Positions 60,601 through 64,000 of a DNA stretch of 64,000 nucleotides are shown here, piece by piece. Under the pieces are notes generated by a model. It saw only the letters and a list, made by a program, of their open reading frames with translations. It searched no databases and was not told where the DNA came from. Source of the DNA: a virus; the IMG/VR virus record IMGVR_UViG_3300024581_002845; one strand, 5' to 3'. A program made the position numbers and the translations under genes. Position 1 is the stretch's first letter. Every line of letters starts with the position of its first letter.

Positions 60601-61318
60601 CTAAAACATAACCCGCAAACGCCTCGTCGTTTGACGTATCAACCGTATTAATCAAGGAAACTATTTCAGCAAAAGAATCTTTATCCGCTTCGGAAGAATC
60701 TAAAATTGCATCTACCCTTAACCTTTCTGTTTCAATTCTACCCGATAATGACCCCGTCTCAACCTCTAAAGAACTCAATCTATTATCTTGTCCTAAATTA
60801 AGTTCATTATTAGATGATGTGTAATCGTTAAACACACTCCTAATAGATCCACTTTCAGTTTCTAAAGATGATAGTCTATTATTTTGTTCTACATTAAGAT
60901 CATCATTAGAGTCACTTCTACTTTCTAATGCATCTAACCTATCGTTTTGGTAGTCGTTTACGTTATTATTTGATGATGTGTAACTATTAAAATAGTTTTT
61001 GAATTCTTGTAATTCAAGATCGGTGGCAAAAGAGTCATCCAAAGATGCGGTATAAACCTCTAAAGCATCGATACTAATTTTGGCGGAAGAAGAAAATAAA
61101 TGTAGATCATCTATCGATGAGGTGGAATCATTAAGTACCCCTGTAACCTCGTTCAATGACGATGTTAATGCAAATGAGTTGGTTAAATTACCTTCTATTT
61201 GTCCTTTAATAGTGTCTAAAGTGGTACCAAATGTGATTCCATCCTGAGAAATGGGTATAATCCCACTTCCTGATGGTTCTAAACTTGAACTTAAGTCCGA
61301 TATTCTTCTAAATGCCAT
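57641..61318 (-). CDS. Fibre-like protein: coiled-coil repeats, long Pro/Thr linkers and globular domains (1225 aa)
   Basis: N-terminal RRISDL; repeated NRLSSLETESGSIR..FN.YTSSN; PTAT/PTPN arrays; C-terminal domain with GHIHYELDG. Confidence 0.75.
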   Translation of the reverse strand: MAFRRISDLSSSLEPSGSGIIPISQDGITFGTTLDTIKGQIEGNLTNSFALTSSLNEVTGVLNDSTSSIDDLHLFSSSAKISIDALEVYTASLDDSFATDLELQEFKNYFNSYTSSNNNVNDYQNDRLDALESRSDSNDDLNVEQNNRLSSLETESGSIRSVFNDYTSSNNELNLGQDNRLSSLEVETGSLSGRIETERLRVDAILDSSEADKDSFAEIVSLINTVDTSNDEAFAGYVLEANERLGSLETESGSIRGNFNDYTSSNDTLNTEQNNRLSSLETESGSVRSDFNTYTSSNDDLTSGHTNRLNSLETESASIRSEFNTYTSSNDGRLDSIEGKSGSWITLDDLPPQPTPQPTPIPVDLTPIVGRLDALEIESGSIRDDFNQFTSSFLLISASINSQLESLQSSLIECCYPPTATPEPTSTPEPTPYPTATPNPTPNPTATENPTATPNPTSTPPATPEPTATLPPTSTPPSTPEPTATITPEPTSTPQPTPTGTISNTLGYIHKVVSKMNPWANEDSFDSLNQTVGLSETLQWVCDTVNGPFPGISVVEDNSGTTEKPHIWTSAPGGGYNVPSVGDIIYRTSDGSEFFEIGGFLVYQSPINNVGSYRWITVGAQGTVISVDQLDCDMVIPPTATPLYTATPEPTPSSTPEPTASSTPEPTPSSTPEPTGTSTPEPTASSTPEPTGTSTPEPTATQIPTSTPAPTPTSTPQPQYSTTINIRILQSFTNTLSGLQFWMADLPQSTTVVQPYDQNLNWYQVGTFDDIGNCSQGGGLSNTISYTVTGGHTDFHYKAIHFRNSDGSVIHGLRYSTSSGICNYSWTNMYTINVASQTLNYNQTIDNYVKIYPNTSNVSLDPTATPIPTSSPTPEPTASPTPNPTATELPTSTPNPTATEQPTPIPTATELPTATPNPTATEQPTPIPTATELPTATPNPTSTPEPTPNPTATELPTATPNPTATEQPTPIPTATPAPTPDATPVPTSTPQPTPNPTATELPTSTPNPTATPNPTPNPTATELPTSTPNPTATPEPTPNPTATENPTATPNPTATPEPTPNPTATENPTATPNPTATEQPTPEPTPNPTATPQPTPTPTSQPTLTVTSPTNGGVYPTGDIIMSVDVGDFISTNQGHIHYELDGGGVIMKYDDLDVVFDITDEGEHTLVVELVDTSHRSLDPRVQETIVFEVVGPTPNPTSTPQPTPNPTATVANTANTIFLHIPN
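57995..58740 (-). repeat. Pro/Thr tandem repeats (TATE[LQN]PT, TPNP units)
   Basis: Degenerate short units such as GTTGCCGTTGG / GGGTTAGG recur throughout. Confidence 0.9.
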
Positions 61319-61331
61319 TCTTATAAATATT

Positions 61332-62354
61332 TTAAATAATTAGTATGTCACCACTTTCGGTGTAAATGGTATCAGTTTTTCCATCACCATCAGAATCGTC
61401 ATCAAAATAGATAGTACTCTCACTAAATGGTAGTATTTCTGTTTCTTCACACGGATCCTGACATTCAACTATATCGTAGTATGGTTTTACCTGAGTTATG
61501 TAGTGGTGTTTCACCTCCAATGCATTTAGAGGTTGTTCAATGTATTTTATTGTTTTTAAGTTAAATGAAGTGGTTCCGACATGAATATTGCCCGAACCTG
61601 TGGTTCCCCCACCCCACGACTGTATGAAGGGTTGGAACCCTCTTTTCGACGGTACTATTTCTTCCCAATTATCTATTTTATATATGGGCCAACCATTTAG
61701 GTATATTTTAAGAATACCCAAACGAGCGTACCTCTCATCATTCCAATCCTTATTTAATTCTTCTGTATACCTTATCGATTCTGTGGAACCCGATAAAACA
61801 ACATCAGATGCGTTCATTATAGTATCTCCCGTTATTAGGTCATTCCATCCACCCGCATTTTCTATTTCACATTCAGTGTGTCTTAGGTGACGATCAAATA
61901 CAACAGTAATATTAAAATCTTTAGAAGTTCCATTAGAACATAATATGGGTGTTACCCCTGAGTCTATATAAAAAGTTTCTTGGTATGATTCATTAACACA
62001 CGATCCCGAATACCTATATGCCTGCCACTTAATTCTACCATCAGAAGTAAAAGAAAATGATAAATTGTTATCGGCGTATAAGTACGGGTCATTCTCGTCC
62101 CTAACACCAAAAAAATAGAAAACACTCCCAAGAGACCACGGTAGATTTTCTCTATTGAAAACAAAATCTAATGTCCACCCCTTCTCCGTTCTTCTATCGA
62201 TTAAGAAATCACAATTATTGGTACCACCATGGGTGTTGAATTTATATGCCCACGGTCTAATATCCAATGTAGGGTCAATGGGGCAACAATCACCCGATAA
62301 AGTTGATTGACACTCAATTAAATTAGTTGTGAAACCACTGATCTCTAATGACAT
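61332..62354 (-). CDS. Putative structural protein with concanavalin/LamG-like features (340 aa)
   Basis: GWTLDFVF, FNITVVFDR, LKIYLNG, IKYIEQPLNALEV pattern; preceded by TATTTATA. Confidence 0.55.
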   Translation of the reverse strand: MSLEISGFTTNLIECQSTLSGDCCPIDPTLDIRPWAYKFNTHGGTNNCDFLIDRRTEKGWTLDFVFNRENLPWSLGSVFYFFGVRDENDPYLYADNNLSFSFTSDGRIKWQAYRYSGSCVNESYQETFYIDSGVTPILCSNGTSKDFNITVVFDRHLRHTECEIENAGGWNDLITGDTIMNASDVVLSGSTESIRYTEELNKDWNDERYARLGILKIYLNGWPIYKIDNWEEIVPSKRGFQPFIQSWGGGTTGSGNIHVGTTSFNLKTIKYIEQPLNALEVKHHYITQVKPYYDIVECQDPCEETEILPFSESTIYFDDDSDGDGKTDTIYTESGDILII

Positions 62355-62412
62355 TTTTACTTTTCTATATAAATAGTAAAAACATTAGTTATTTTAGTTC
62401 CTAACCAAAAAA

Positions 62413-64000
62413 TTATACTGTCGGTGGAGAGTTCTTATAAGGGTGGCTGGATGGTAAAAGACTTGTTAGTCCCCACTTATGTGCTAAGTACCCTTCCGCC
62501 TTCCACACTTCACTGTAGTTATTGGTGTCCCCACCTACGTAGGAAGCAAAATGGAAATACTCAGCTATTCTTCCGTCTAATTTTACTCCCGCCCTATTTC
62601 TCATCATACGTAAGTCAGTACAATTAGTGTCCATTGAGTTATTATAAACATCTATATTGGTTCGAATATTTCCATTTATTCTACCATAAAATTCATTATC
62701 GGTTTTGTTTGCAACTACCGCAACTATTGCCCATGTATTTTGGTTAACTCCCTGTGTAAAGGTATTTTTTGACTTACCATTAACTATACTATTATTACCA
62801 TCATAATCAATTTCACCGTACCATGTACTATTTGAGTTACCACTACTTACGGCGTAGGTCCTATTACCATCAGCACTCCAAAATGAATCCTTGGTACTAT
62901 CTGTAGTGTGATATTGGAATACACCTATCGCCCAATGATTACCATTACTTGCATACGGACCTGAGTTTGAACTAATTAAACTCTCACTTCCGGAAAAATC
63001 CCACACATTTAAATTATTTAATGCATTTGAAACTCTCGTGGGAGTTCCATCAACACTCATATTAAAATTACCTGACTTATCATTAACCGTAATAAGATTT
63101 GATCCACTCGTCGTATAACTTGACGTATCTGAGGCATCAAACCAAGCATCGGGTGTTGGTTCCCATAAACTTACCGTTACCGTCGGTGTTGGGTTTGGTG
63201 TTGATGTTGGTGTTGATGTTGGTTCGGGTGTTGAAGTTGGTGCTGCGACGGGTGGGGTGTCGGTGTCCGTTAAGTATATTTCAATAACATCATTCGGTCC
63301 CAATGTGTAGTAATTGGCTTGTCCTCCCGGTCCATTTCTTAAATCTACAATGCTGGAGAACGCATATTGCCACCCTAACCCCGCAAAAGAACCATTCAGG
63401 TAATACCAACCATAGTATACACCACCTCCTGTTGTGGGTATATTAATTCTAAAATAGTTGTAATTAGTGTCAAGTGTAGCGACAGAATGGTGTGCTTCAC
63501 TGTTCGGATTTACTCTGTGTGTTCCTGAAGAGTCGAAACTAAGTCTATTTGACATCGCATTATTTGATTGACTCAGTTTAAAATCGACAATTGTAAAGTT
63601 AGTCGTTTGGTTATAAACATGCAATTTAAAACTACTCGTATCTACGGTAGGTGTGGGTGTAGGTTGTTCCGTTGCCGTTGGTATAGGTGTTGCTGTCGGA
63701 CTTGGTACCGGCGTATCAGTAGGTGTTGGTGTAGGACTTTCAGTAGTTGAAGGTGTAGGTGTTGGTGTACTACACGTAAATCCTGAAACAGTAATGTACC
63801 CATCACTACCTACTTCTATCCAACTCCAATTAGAAATTGAAAAATTATTAGGATAAAAATGTAAAACATTTTGTGGGGTATCAATAGGGAATCCACCCGC
63901 ATAGAATCTATCACCTGTTTGTGGGTTGTTGGGGTCACCTGTTGTCTGTCTTGTATTGGCATTCCAATTATTAGCACCGTAAGTACATAAATGGTTTTGA
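62413..64000 (-). CDS. Fibre/adhesin-like protein with Pro/Thr linkers and C-terminal LamG-like domain; 5' end lies beyond the window
   Basis: The ORF-track start at 63624 is an internal TTG; I read the frame with no stop to 63999. C-terminus has AWFDASD...DKSGN and EGYLAHKWGL...LP..HPYK. Confidence 0.8.
   Translation of the reverse strand, partial: QNHLCTYGANNWNANTRQTTGDPNNPQTGDRFYAGGFPIDTPQNVLHFYPNNFSISNWSWIEVGSDGYITVSGFTCSTPTPTPSTTESPTPTPTDTPVPSPTATPIPTATEQPTPTPTVDTSSFKLHVYNQTTNFTIVDFKLSQSNNAMSNRLSFDSSGTHRVNPNSEAHHSVATLDTNYNYFRINIPTTGGGVYYGWYYLNGSFAGLGWQYAFSSIVDLRNGPGGQANYYTLGPNDVIEIYLTDTDTPPVAAPTSTPEPTSTPTSTPNPTPTVTVSLWEPTPDAWFDASDTSSYTTSGSNLITVNDKSGNFNMSVDGTPTRVSNALNNLNVWDFSGSESLISSNSGPYASNGNHWAIGVFQYHTTDSTKDSFWSADGNRTYAVSSGNSNSTWYGEIDYDGNNSIVNGKSKNTFTQGVNQNTWAIVAVVANKTDNEFYGRINGNIRTNIDVYNNSMDTNCTDLRMMRNRAGVKLDGRIAEYFHFASYVGGDTNNYSEVWKAEGYLAHKWGLTSLLPSSHPYKNSPPTV

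Noticed and set aside
1-64000. Stop-codon reassignment as seen in some large phages
   Set aside because: Genes are full length in the standard code, and TAA, TAG (tube, sheath) and TGA (34396, 34719, neck gene) all serve as stops.
55420-64000. Diversity-generating retroelement acting on the fibre genes
   Set aside because: No reverse transcriptase and no template/variable repeat pair with adenine-specific mismatches was seen in this window.

Overview
A 64-kb segment of a large, AT-rich dsDNA myovirus (contractile-tailed phage), with most genes on the minus strand. It holds a nearly complete tail, baseplate and neck set: sheath, tube, tail chaperone, tape measure, hub/tube-initiator proteins, gp25- and gp6/J-like wedge proteins, gp13/14/15-like neck proteins and several giant Pro/Thr-rich fibre-like proteins. 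Replication and nucleotide genes are interleaved with these (nrdB-nrdA, DnaB-like helicase, 5'-3' exonuclease/RNase H, RecA, gp32-like SSB, SNF2 helicase, family B DNA polymerase). A Bacteroidota host is suggested but not proven. The ORF track misses three things: a >2488-codon gene (7464 to the left edge), the upstream part of the last gene (open to 64000), and a 50-codon frame with no ATG start that overlaps the tail chaperone stop. Main findings: (1) a probable programmed +1/-2 frameshift at TTT TTT CGC in the tail-chaperone gene; (2) a TATTTAT motif, the reverse complement of the T4 late promoter core, before 13 mostly structural genes; (3) a stand-alone opposite-strand small RNA unit between sheath and tube; (4) a multi-stem RNA before recA; (5) unexpected domains in virion proteins, namely a degenerate Hint domain, an OmpA-like domain, a trypsin-like protease and a 15-copy Cys motif array. 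All protein calls come from motif recognition by eye; no database search was run.
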